Shown one piece after another: positions 12,501 through 24,300 of a stretch of DNA of 64,000 nt (its first letter is position 1; each line of letters opens with the position of its first letter). The translations under genes and the position numbers were made by a program. The notes under the pieces are model-generated. The model was not told the DNA's origin, did not search any database, and was given only the letters and a program-made list of their open reading frames with translations. Origin of the DNA: Haplodiscus bocki (lineage: Eukaryota); NCBI GenBank assembly GCA_965655095.1, contig OZ296658.1, forward strand, positions 60,512,001-60,576,000. The letters run 5' to 3'.

Positions 12501-14972
12501 GTTGAGAATGACTATATAGACGAATGTTAGACAAAGTTCGAGAAACCTCGTTCTTGAGCATGAGTTTCCTGAGTGTTTTATTTTAAGGCGTGGTACAAAA
12601 ATTTTTTGGTCGCCTGTTTTCTTGTGGCACTATTTGTGTCACTTCGAAACATGCTTCAATAAAAGCAGGAATCCCTTTTGGGACAAACTCTTTGTTATCC
12701 ACCTCGTTTATGCGCATTGGTTCCAATAAAGGTTGATTTGAGGTTTTAGGTGAAGGAGCCTTGTTGGTTGTCTTCTGTTGACTGGGGTATCATTTCAGTT
12801 CCGAGCTTCAATGCGAGATAATTTTTTTTTTTTGTAATCCGCTCTGGGACAAGACCACTGTGATGTGCCTCGTTCACGCGTATGAGTTTCGTTGAGAATT
12901 CAATTAATTTTGCGACCGAGAAATTGTTGGTTGAGGGGATTCTGTCAGCCGTGATAGACTTGCAAAACTGCATTTCATTTCAAGAATAGTTGTGTTGATT
13001 GCTCTGATGGATTGTGCAAGAAACTTTCTCTCAGCTCGTTTTGAGCTTTTGTTGGCCGCGTTATTCTCGCAATGCGTAGTATCGGTCCGAGACCGCGTTT
13101 ACATTCAAGTCATCCCTTGTCAAGCAACCAGCGATATACCTCATTCATGTGGATGAATTTCGTCAAGTTGTCAATTGGTGTTTTGAACGAGCAACTGCTG
13201 CTTGGGTGTTCTTTCTTGACTATGTTACCCTCACAATGCGCTGCTTAGCTTGGAACACGCTACCTTGATGGCCAAGAGTACTTGTTTGACAAACAGCGAA
13301 CTGCTTCCTTCACGCGAGTGAATTTTGTTAAATTCTCATTGGAGGTGTCAAGCGAGAAATTGTCCTCTAGCGAAGGCAATTTGAGTTTCTCTTTGGGAAG
13401 CCAAGCTGGCAGCTATGAACCGTTGTGGGAAAAACTTGTTTCAGACCACCTCAATCGTGCTCTGTTTCATTGGTTGTTTGTTTCATCTCGATGAAATATA
13501 CTATCATAACTGTATCGCGGTGATACTGGCTACATACATTGCGGTAATCCGTTGTTAGTTAAAGGGCGAAACACCTCATTCTTGTCCAGGAAGTTCCTTG
13601 ATGCTCGCTCTGAAGTGTGCGTGAATTGTTTGTGGTTGGCCGTTTCCAGATAACAGTTTCAGTTTAACTTCGAATCATGCTGTTTTGAAAGTGTGATCAT
13701 TTTGGTACAAACCTTGTTTCCTAACATGATTATGCTCGTCAGTTCCAATAAAGATGGATTTTTTGCAGTGAGGAAAGAAATATCGGTTGACTGTTTTCAA
13801 TCGGCCAAGTTAGACTAGCAGAACAGAATGCCGCAATGAGACAAGCCATATACAATGCCGTGATCCGTTTATGGACAAACATTGAACTACTTCGTTTTTG
13901 AGCTTGAAGTTCTTTAAAGTTTCATTTGAGGTGTGGGCAAAAGTTTCTCATGTGGCCTTTTTCAGGTGGCAGTAACAGTTTTGCCTCCCTACAAGTTTTG
14001 ATACCGATGATCCGTTGTTTGAAAAACTTGTTTCAGATCACCTCAAGCTGGCGCTGTTCTGTTGGTGGGTTGTTTCAACTCGGCCAAATTAGACTAGCAA
14101 AACAGAGTACAGGGTTGAGACTGGCTAATGGTTGGTTGGTTGGTTGTTTCAACTCGGCCAAAAGAAGTTAGCAAAACAGAGTGTCGCGTTGAGAATGACT
14201 ATATAGACGAATGTTAGACAAAGTTCGAGAAACCTCGTTCTTGAGCATGAGTTTCCTGAGTGTTTTATTTTAAGGCGTGGTACAAAAATTTTTTGGTCGC
14301 CTGTTTTCTTGTGGCACTATTTGTGTCACTTCGAAACATGCTTCAATAAAAGCAGGAATCCCTTTTGGGACAAACTCTTTGTTATCCACCTCGTTTATGC
14401 GCATTGGTTCCAATAAAGGTTGATTTGAGGTTTTAGGTGAAGGAGCCTTGTTGGTTGTCTTCTGTTGACTGGGGTATCATTTCAGTTCCGAGCTTCAATG
14501 CGAGATAATTTTTTTTTTTTGTAATCCGCTCTGGGACAAGACCACTGTGATGTGCCTCGTTCACGCGTATGAGTTTCATTGAGAATTCAATTAATTTTGC
14601 GACCGCGAAATTTTTGGTTGACGGGATTCTGTCAGCCGTGTTAGACTTGCAAAACTGCATTTCATTTCAAGAATCGTTGTGTTGATTGCACTGATGTTTT
14701 GTGCAAGAAACTTTCTCTCAGCTCGTTTTGAGCTTTTGTTTGTTGGCCGCGTTAGCCTCACAATACGTACTATCGGTCCGAGACCGCGTTTACATTCATG
14801 TCATCCTTGGTCAAGCAACCAGCGATATACCTCATTCATGTGGATGAATTTCGTCAAGTTGTCAATTGGTGTTTTGAACGAGCAACTGCTGCTTGGGTGT
14901 TCTTTCTTGACTATGTTACCCTTACAATGCGCTGCTTACCTTGGAACACGCTACCTTGATGGCCAAGACTAC
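6517..14972. repeat. Array A long-unit subtype (1687-1697 bp) carrying a 74-bp internal duplication
   Basis: Five periods, each with a duplicated ggttgtttcaactcggccaaa...tagcaaaacagagt block (first copies at 7311, 9000, 10694, 12381, 14068). An identical 81-aa spurious ORF occurs at 7169, 8858, 10552, 12239, 13926. Confidence 0.92.
7311..7458. repeat. 74-bp internal tandem duplication with a (GGTT)4 microsatellite at the junction
   Basis: ggttgtttcaactcggccaaa at 7311 and 7385, with atggttggttggttggttgt at 7371-7390. Absent from units 1-4 and from the last unit (~15750). Confidence 0.9.
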
Positions 14973-15862
14973 TTGTTTGACAAACAGCCAACTGCTTCCT
15001 TTACGCCAGTGAATTTCGTTAATTTGTCATTGGAGGTGTCAAGCGATAAATTGTCCTCTGGCGAAGGCAATTTGAGTTTTGCTTTGGGAAGCCAAGTTAA
15101 CAGCTATGAACCGTTGTGGGAAAAACTTGTTTCAGATCACCTCAATCGTGCTGTGTTTCATTGGTTGTTTGTTTCATCTCCACCAAATATACTATCAAAA
15201 CTGTATCGCATTGATGCTGCCCAACTACATTGTTGCGATCCGTTGTTAATTAAAGGGCGAAATACCCCATTTTTGTCCAGGAGGTTCCTTGATGCTCGCT
15301 CTGAAGTGTGGGCGAATTGTTTGTGGTTGGCCGTTTCCAGATAACAGTTTCAGTTTCGCTTCGAATCATGCTGTTTTGAAAGTGTGATCATTTTGGTACA
15401 AGCCTTGTTTCCTAACATGCTTATGCTCGTCAGTTCCAATAAAGATGGATTTTTTGCAGTGAGGAAAGAAATATCGGTTGACTGTTTTCAATCGGCCAAG
15501 TTAGACTAGCAGAACAGAATGCCGCAATGAGACAAGCCATATACAATGCCGTGATCCGTTTATGGACAAACATTGAACTACTTCGTTTTTGAGCTTGAAG
15601 TTCTTTCAAGTTTCATTTGAGGTGTGGGCAAAAGTTTCTCATGTGGCCATTTTCAGGTGGCAGTAACAGTTTTGCCTCCCTACAAGTTTTGAAACCGATG
15701 ATCCGTTGTGGGAAAAATTTGTTTCAGATCACCTCAATCTGGCGCTGTTTTGTTGTTTGCTTGTTTCAACTCGGCCATAATAGATTAGAAAAAAACCGTA
15801 TCGCGTTCAAATTGGCTGTAATAACAAAGGTTAGACAAGGTTTGAAACATCTCGTTCTTCAG

Positions 15863-17080
15863 TACTTCTTTTTTGGGTTTGATGCTCTTTCAAGTTTCAT
15901 TTGAAGTGTTTGCAAAAGTTTTTTATTTGGCCTTTTGCAGGTGGCAGTAACCGTCTTGCTTCGAAACAAGTATTGAAAGCTGTGATACGTTGTGGGAAAT
16001 TTTTATTCATATATTTTTTATCTTGCGCTTTTTTTTGGTTGGTTGTTTCAGCTCGGCCAAATTAGACTAATGAAAGAGTGTATCGCGTTGCGATTGGCTA
16101 TATACAATGCTGCGATCCGTTGTCAGACAAAGCTCAAAACACCTCATTCTTGAGCTGAATTTCATTAAGGTTCTATTTCCATGGATGGTACAAGAAAATT
16201 TATGGTCGGTTGTTCTCTTGTGGCACCAGTTGTGTCACTTCGAAACATGCTATGAAAAAAGCTTTGATCCGTTTTGAGACAAACTCAATGTTATCCACCT
16301 CGTTTATGCGCATTAGTTCCAAGAAATGTTGATTCGAGGTTTTGAGTGAGGGAGCGCTGGTTGGTTGCCCTCTGTTGACTGGTTTTTCCTCGCAGTACTG
16401 AGCTTGGCTGAAAAAAAAATTTAAAAAATGCAATCTGCAAAAGGACAAGGCCTCTGCAATGTGGCTCGTTCATGCGCATGAGTTTTTTTGCGAGTCCAAT
16501 TGGGTTTGCGAGCAGGAAATTGTAAGTTGGAGGTATTCAGTCGGCCATTTTAGACTTGAAAACTGGAATTCACTCCGAGAAGCGCTATATTGATTGCTCT
16601 GATGCATTGTGCAAGAATTTGTTTCATCTCGTTTTGCACTTTTGTTTGTTGGATTCAGTTAGCCGCGTTAGCTTCGCAAAATGTGGTACAGCTTCAAGAC
16701 AGGGTGTCTTGGTTGCTATATCTTGGAAACGCGCCCAAGGTTGTCCCTTTGATCTGTTGTGAACCAAACTCAAACCCAATCACCTCATTCAAGCCCTAAT
16801 TTTTTGCTCGATTCGTCTCATTTGCACACGATATCACTGTTTTTTGCATTGTTTTCTCAATGCCTCCAGACATGGAAAAATAATGGCTGTGATCGGCTAA
16901 TAAACAAAAAGCAAAGTACCTCGTTTCAGCGTGTGAATCCCATAAGGTTTTCTGTTTGATGAGTCCGGTCAAAAGTTTTTGGTTAACCGTTTCAGGTGAG
17001 AGTTTCTAAAAATGCTTCGAGACATCCACGAAACAACGAAGACGATTTTTTGAGACATGCTATAGTTGCATTTGCAAAAG
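15863..17080. repeat. Degenerate, non-homogenised A-family monomers (old array edge)
   Basis: Recognisable A motifs with many substitutions: caggtggcagtaac (~15938), gtgtcacttcgaaacatgctat (~16232), ccacctcgtttatgcgcattagttcc (~16295), gccgcgttagc (~16662), acctcgtttcagcgtgtgaatccc (~16918). Confidence 0.85.
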
Positions 17081-20000
17081 CAAGTGTTATATCATAGATT
17101 TGTTCCGTTTTACCGAGTTGTGTACGCCTTCCGTTTGTGCCTGCATACTAGAGAAGCCTATATTTTGCTAGTGCCCTCTCATTTTGTCGCAAGAGATGAT
17201 TCTTGGCCCCTTTTGCAGAAAGTTTGTCTTAGTCACTCCTGCATTGCATTGCGCCTTTTAAAATAACAGTTATACACCAAAGTTAATTTACCTTCTGTGT
17301 ATTTGTTTAGTTAGCCGTATTGGTAGAAAAACTTTCTGATCAAAATCAGTCGAATTTGCTCCTTATGTTCACAAGTATTCCACTGGCACAAGTGTTGTCA
17401 AGCTGAGCTTCACCTCTGTGTCTTAGTTGTCAGACAGAGTAATTTTGAAGTAGCCTGTTTTTGTGCGTGATTTCCAATGAGAGTCCATTTGATATCTCGA
17501 GCAATGAATTGCTGTTTCGCGGCTTCCATTTGGTCAAGTTGGACCTGTAAATTTGGATTTGGCTTTCAGACACGTCTTATTGGTTGCTCGATTCCTCTTT
17601 GAGACGAACAGATTTCGTTTGAAAAGGTTTATACTCTTTTTTCCTGGTTGGTTCTTTCAGTAGACCAGGAAATGCTCGCAAAAAAGAGCTTCGCTTCGAG
17701 ACTTGCTCTAGTTATACTTGCGGAGGCAATTGTTATACCATACCATTTTCTCTTGTTCCATATGTTCAGAGCTTCCAACTCTTCCAATTAGGCCTACATA
17801 CTAAAAATGCCTGGACTTAGTTCGTGCGTTCACGATGTTTTTCCAAAAATTTGATCTCAAGGCCTATTTTTCTGACTGAATACTTGTTTGAATTAGGAAA
17901 CACTAGAATTAACTCTTGCAGCCCTTTGAGCTTGATAATTGTACATGAATTCACTTGAGATTAATGAACTTCCAAGCATTTGTTTAATCAGTAGTTTTGG
18001 TGGTAATGTTTCCTTCTCAAAGTCAGTTGTACTTGCTCGTTTTGTTCACTAGTGTTCGGTTGGCTGCAGTCTTGCCAAGCTCAGCTTCGCATCTCAGTTT
18101 TTGTTGTGGATCAAAAGAAACTCGAGCTACTTCCTTTGTGTGGATGAATTCCAATTGGAATCTATTGGATATCTCCAGCGAGAAAACGTTGGTTGGTTGT
18201 TTTCAGTTGGTCAGGTTCTACCTGCAATATAAAATTTCGTCTCCAAACACGCTGTTAGGATTGCTGCGACGCGTTGCTAGACAAAAACTAGTTTTGTTTT
18301 ACGTCGTTTAAGCGTTTCTTGTGTTTGTTGGTTGTTCAAGTAGACATGATTACGCTCTCATTAGGATGCTTTGCTCCGACGCATACATTAACAATTTCGC
18401 TTGAGCGACAATCCATCACAGTCTTTTTTTCCAACCGGTCACAGCTCGTCTTTGTGTCCTCCTAAAAAAGTTTCTTAGATTTTGTTCCTGCGTTTTTGAC
18501 TTCATGCAAAACTTTGGATCATGCGGTTTTTTTATTATTTCGGTTGCTTGTTTTATTTGAATGAAAACCGGAGTAATCACAACAGTTGTATAATTCTACA
18601 CCAGATAAATATTAAACCAGTGTCGACAAAATTTCTGAAAAATAGGTTGTTTATTAGGTTTGGGAGTACTTTTCCAATGTGAGCTTTAATTGTTCGTAAT
18701 GTTCATTGCTTTTCCGTCGGTGCAGGTATTGCCAGGCTCGGCTTCGCTTCTGTGTCTCAGTTGTGACAGAAAGTAATTTTGAACAAACACGTTCGTGTGC
18801 ATGAGTTCCGATTAGAGTTCTTTTGATGTTTCGATGGAGCAAATGTTGGTTGTTATTTTCAGTTGGTTAACTTAGAGAAGCAAGTTTTACTTTCGCTTCC
18901 CGACAGGCTATTATGATGAATGTTATCCACTACGAGACGAACTGATTTCTTTTCAAACAATTCCTACGCTTCCGTGTTGGTTGGTTATTTCACTTGGCCC
19001 TAATTTGCTCTGGAAAGGAGCTTCAGTTCGAAATTTTCTATGATTACACTTACGGAGGCAAATGCCAATTCATAGTGTTTTCCCTTTCTCCATCTAATAT
19101 ACAGTTTGCGCTTGCGCCTACCTAAAAAATATGCCAAGGTTCTGTTCAAACCCCCCTCAATTTGTTGCGAAGAGTTGTTCACAGGGCTTTTTTCATGTCT
19201 CTAGGCTCTCTGTAAATGAAAGACAACAAAATTCACTGCTGTAAAAGTTTGCGCCTTTTTTATAACTTTTTTCACTACAAAATTAATTTACTTTCTGTGT
19301 ACTTGTTTAGTTGCTTGTTTTGATAGAATCACTTTCCCTTCAATGTCAGTCGAACCTGCTTAATATGTTCACGTGTAATCCCTTAGCGGAAGTGTTACCA
19401 AGCTCAGTGTCACCTCGGTGTCTCAGTTGTTAGACAAGAAAAGTTTGAAACAGCTTTTTAATGTAATTGATTTCCAATTAGAGTCTTTGATATCTCAGGC
19501 GAGGAATGAAAGGTTTGCTAGTTTTCAGTTGGGGAAGTTAGACTAGCGTTAATGATTTTAGCTTACAGACACGCCATTCTGGTTGCCGTTATCCACTAAA
19601 AGACTCACTGACTTTCTTTGGAATGGTTTAGATGCTTTGGTTTTGGTTGGTCTTTTTAATGGCCCAGGTTATGCTCACAATAAAGAGCTTGGCTTCGAGA
19701 TTTATTGTAGTCTACTTGCTGAGGCTAGTGTTATGTCATACTATTTTCCGTTTTTTCCATCTATTCACAGCTTGCACTTGTGTCTACATTTCTAAGTTGC
19801 TCAGACCTAGCTCAAGCGTTCAAAGAGCTCCAAAGAACTGATTTCTTGGCCTATTTCTCAGCCTGGAAACTTGTTTCAGTTAAAAAGCACTAGAAATGGC
19901 TCCCATATCCCTTTCCGCAACACGAATTCACCAAGATCCACCTGAGATAAATCAAAGTCCGTGCATCAGTTTAATCAATGAATTTGCTGGTGACGCTTTT

Positions 20001-21300
20001 TTTCAAAGTCCACTAAATAAACTCGTTTTGTTCACTAGTGTTTGGTCGGTGGCACTCTCGCCAAGCTCAGTTTTGCCTCTCTGCTTTTTTTTGGTCAAGG
20101 TAAGCTCAAGTTACCTCATTTGAGTAGATGAGTTCCAATTGGTGTCCATTTGATGTAGCAAGCGAGAAATTGTTGGTTGCTTGTTCTCAGTTGGTTAACT
20201 TAGAAAAGCAAGTCTTAGCTTCGCTTCCCGACACGCTAATTTGATATATGTTCTCCATTACGAAACAAACTGATTTCCTTTCAAATATTTTCTACGCTTT
20301 CGTGTTGGTTGGTTATTTAAATTGGGCCTAATTTGCTCTGGAAAAGAACCTCAATTCGAGATTTTCTGTGATTACACTTACGGAGGCGAATGTCAATTCA
20401 AAGAGTTTTCCCTTTTTCCATTTAATTTACAATTTGCATTTGTGCCTACGTAGAAACATGCCAATGTTTTGTTAAACCCCCCTCAATTTGCTGCAGAAAT
20501 TTGTTCACGGGGCTTTTTATGTCTCCTGGTTCTCTTTAAAGGAAGAACAACAAAATTCACTTTCATCTTTCATTATAACTTTTCTACTACAGAGTTTAAA
20601 TAATTTCTGTGTAATTTTTTAGTTGCTTCTCTTGGTAGAATCACTTTCCCTAAAGAATTAGCTGAACTCGTTCGATATGTTCACAAGTAATCTACTGGCG
20701 CAAGTGTTGCTGAACTCAACTTGACCTATGTGTCTCAGTTGTGAGGCAAATTGAACTTGAAGTAGCTTTATAGTGTACGTGGTTTTCAAATGGAGTCCAT
20801 TTGATATCTCGAGCGAGGAATGAAAGGTTCTCTAGTTTTCAGTTGGTGAAGTTAGGTTAGCTTTTTTGAATTTAACAAACAGACACGCCAGATAATTATA
20901 TCTCATTGTTTTTTCGTTTTTTTTCCACCAGTTCAAAGCTCTAACTTGTGCCTACATAATTAGGTTGCAATTGCCTACACTTAGCTCATGTGTTCACGAT
21001 TACTTCCAAAAAACTGATACCTTGGCCAATTTTTCAGGCTGGATACTTGTTTCGTTTAAAAAACACTAGGAATAACTCCTGCAGCTGCTTCCGCTCCTCA
21101 ATTCTGTCAAAATGCACCTGAGATAAATGAATTTCCGTGCATTAGTTTACACAGTAGTTTTGGTGGTAACGTCTCCTTTTCAAAATCAATAAAACTTACT
21201 GGTTTTGTTCACTAGTGTTCAGTTGGTAGCACTCTTGTCGAGCTCAGCGTCACCTCTGCGTCTCAGTTGCGAGGCAAAGTAAACTTTAGGTAGCTTTCTA
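17081..21300. repeat. Divergent ~660-bp B-family subunits in irregular order (monomeric-like zone)
   Basis: The anchor ttgccaagctcagc-like occurs at 17395, 18072, 18729, 19395, 20058, 20707, 21235 (spacings 677, 657, 666, 663, 649, 528). No near-identical neighbours. Confidence 0.88.
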
Positions 21301-24300
21301 GTGTGCGTGATTTCCAATTAGAGTGCATTTGATTTCTCGAGCAGGAAACTAACGGGACGCTAGTTTCCAGTTGGTGAAGTTATACTCGCAATATTAGCTT
21401 TCACACTCGCCACATTGATTGCTGTTTTCCACCATTAGTCACACTAACTTTCGTTGAAATGGTGTATACGCTTTAGTCTTGGTTAATTCTTTCAGTGGGC
21501 TAGGTCACCCTCACAAAAAAAGCTTCGCTTCGAGATTTGCTGTAGTAAACTGGCGGAGGCAAGTTTTATATCAAACCCTTCTTCGTTTTTTTCCATCCGT
21601 TCTCAACCGGCGCTTGTGCCTCGTTACTAAAGTTGCCTAGACTTTCTTAATGCATTTTCGATGTCTTCCATAAAACATACCGTGGTCTGATTTCCAGCTT
21701 GGATGTTTGTTTTACTTATAAAACAACAGACTCTGACCGCTAGACGTGATTGCGTCTTCTCTTGTTACATATATACAGCTCAGTTAAGTGAGCTTCGGCG
21801 TTTTTGTTCAATCAGTGATTTTGGTAGTACAGCTTCACCTTCATTATCAGCAATACTCCACGAGATGTTCTCTATTGTTCCCGTGGCGCAAGTGTTACCA
21901 ACCTCGGCTTCGCTTCTGTGTCCTCGTTCTTGGTGAAGGTGAATTCGAGCTACATCTTTTGTTTGTATGAGTTGCAGTTGGAGTCCATTTGACCTCTCGA
22001 GCGAGAAAACGTTGGATGGTTGTTTTGAGTTGAATAAAATTTATTCGCAGAACATAGTTTCGCTTCCTGACAGGCATCATTGATTGCTGCGAAAGGTTGC
22101 GATACAGAGAATAGTTTTGTTTTATTTCTTCTGAGCGGTGTTGTGTTGATTGGTTGTTCAAATTGGTGAGAGTACGCTCCCCTAAGACGCTTTGCTCCAA
22201 GATTGGCGCAATGACACCTGCTTGAGTGATAATCCATCACAGTCCTTTTGTATTTTTACATTCGTTGACAGCTCGTGTTTGTATTATGATACTGAAGTTA
22301 CTAGCTAGTTCTTCCTCAAGCATTTTTGATCTCTTGAAATAAAACTATCACGTGGCTAAGTTGCTACCTATTATGCTACTTTTAGTTAAAAAACAGCCGA
22401 AATCTTTCCAATATTTGTTAGATTTTGCTCTAGATAGTTATTAAACCTGAGCCAACAGAATTCGTGTCAAATTGATTCTTCAGTGGTTTTGGTAGTGCTT
22501 TTTCGCCCTTCAAAATAGGATATAGTTGAATATGTTCCTTGGTCTGTCGGTGGCGCAAATAATGCGAAACTCAGTTTCGATTTTCTGTCCAAGATGTGAG
22601 AAAAATTTTGTTTAACCTACTGTGTGCAAAAGTTTCGATTAGAGTCCGTCTGATTTCATGATTTGGCAAACTTAGGTCGCTCGTTTTCGGTTGGTTAGCC
22701 TATACAGGCAAATTTTACTTTTGCTTTCCGTTACAGTTTTCGATAACTGTAATCCATTACAAGACAAACTGATTTCTTTTAAAACACGTTATACGACTTC
22801 ATGCTGGTTGGTTGTTTCAGTTGGCCATGTTTTTCTCACAAAAAAGAGCTTCTTTTGGAGATCTGCCAAGATTACACTTACGGTGGCAAACGTCACGTCG
22901 TTTCATTTTCTCTTCTTGTTGTTTTTTCACAGTCCGCATTTCTTTCTTCTTAAGAAACGTGCCTTGATTTTAATCAAATCCCATCAATTTGTTGCATAAA
23001 GTTAATCATGGGGCTTTTTTTTCGAACTTCCGGCTTTCTTCAATTGATTGACAACAAAATTCACTCCAGTAAATTTCTGCACCTCTCAAATCAATTTTTA
23101 TACACCGGAAAAATCTTTTAAGATCTGTGTAAGTTTTAAGTAGTTGTTGTGGAAGATTCGGTATCCCTTCAACATCATTGGAACTTGCTCGATATATTCA
23201 CAAGAAAACCACTGGTGCAAGTGTTGGCAAGCTCAACGTTGGCTCTGCGTCTCAGTTATGAGACAAAGCAAGTTTGAAGTAGCTTTCTAGTGCGCCTGAT
23301 TTCCAAAAACAATCGATTTGATACCTCGAGCGAGGAAGTAATAGTCCGCTAGATTCCAGTTGGTGAAGTTAACCTCGCAGTTTTAAATTCAGCTTCCACA
23401 CACGCCATATTGGTTGCTGTTACCCACTATAAAGCACACAGACTTTCTCTGAAATGGTGTTTACGCTTTGGTCTTGGTTGGTCCTTCCAGTGGCCCAGGT
23501 GACGCTCACAATAAAAAGCTTCGCTTCGAGACTTGCTGTAGCTCAATTCCGGAGGCAAGTTTTATATCAAATCCTTTTTCGCTTTTTTTCATCCGTTCAC
23601 AGCTGGAGCTTGTGCCTCGTTACTAAAGTTGCCTAGACTTTCTTAATGCATTTTCGATGTCTTCCATAAAACTGATACCGTGGTCTGATTTCCAGCTTGG
23701 ATGTTTGATTTAGTTATAAAACAACAGACTCTGACCGCTAGACGTGATTGCGTCTTCTCTTGTTACATATATACAGCTCAGTTAAATGAGCTTCCGCGTC
23801 TTTGTTCAATCAGTGATTTTGGTAGTACAGCTTCATCTTCATTATCAGCAATACTCCACGAGTTGTTCTCTATTGTTCCCGTGGCGCGAGGGTTGCCAAG
23901 CTCGGCTTCGCTTCTGTGTCCTCGTTCTTGGTGAAGGTGAATTCGAGCTACAGCCTTGTTTGTATAAGTTGCAGTTGGCGTCCATTTGATCTCTCGAGCG
24001 AGAAAACGTTGGTTGGTTGTTTTGAGTTGAATAAAATTTATTCGCAGAACATAGTTTCGCTTCCTGACAGGCATCATTGATTGCTGCGAAAGGTTGCGAT
24101 GCAGAGAATAGTTTTGTTTTATTTCTTCTGAGCGGTGTTGTGTTGCTTGGTTGTTCAAATTGGTAAAAGTACGCTCCCCTAAGACGCTTTGATCCGAGAT
24201 TTGCGCAATTACACCTGCTTGAGGGATAACCCATCACAGTAGTTTTTTGTATTTTCCCATTCGTTGACAGCTCGTATTTGAGCTATGATACTGAAGTTAC

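Larger units (their letters stand above)
1..15862. repeat. Satellite array A: ~10 head-to-tail units of ~1.6-1.7 kb (truncated at window start)
   Basis: The same anchor (ttgttagacacacagcgaactgc / ttgtttgacaaacagc) recurs at 54, 1672, 3291, 4903, 6517, 8214, 9908, 11595, 13282 and 14973. Spacings are 1618, 1619, 1612, 1614, 1697, 1694, 1687, 1687, 1691. ORF-track peptides repeat with the same period. Confidence 0.98.

Noticed and set aside
9440-14520. Variable poly-T tract lengths between units
   Set aside because: Ordinary homopolymer slippage or sequencing error, not informative without reads.
14679-15344. Longest ORF (221 aa)
   Set aside because: Chance read-through in one unit. The homologous region in other A units is broken by stops and frameshifts.
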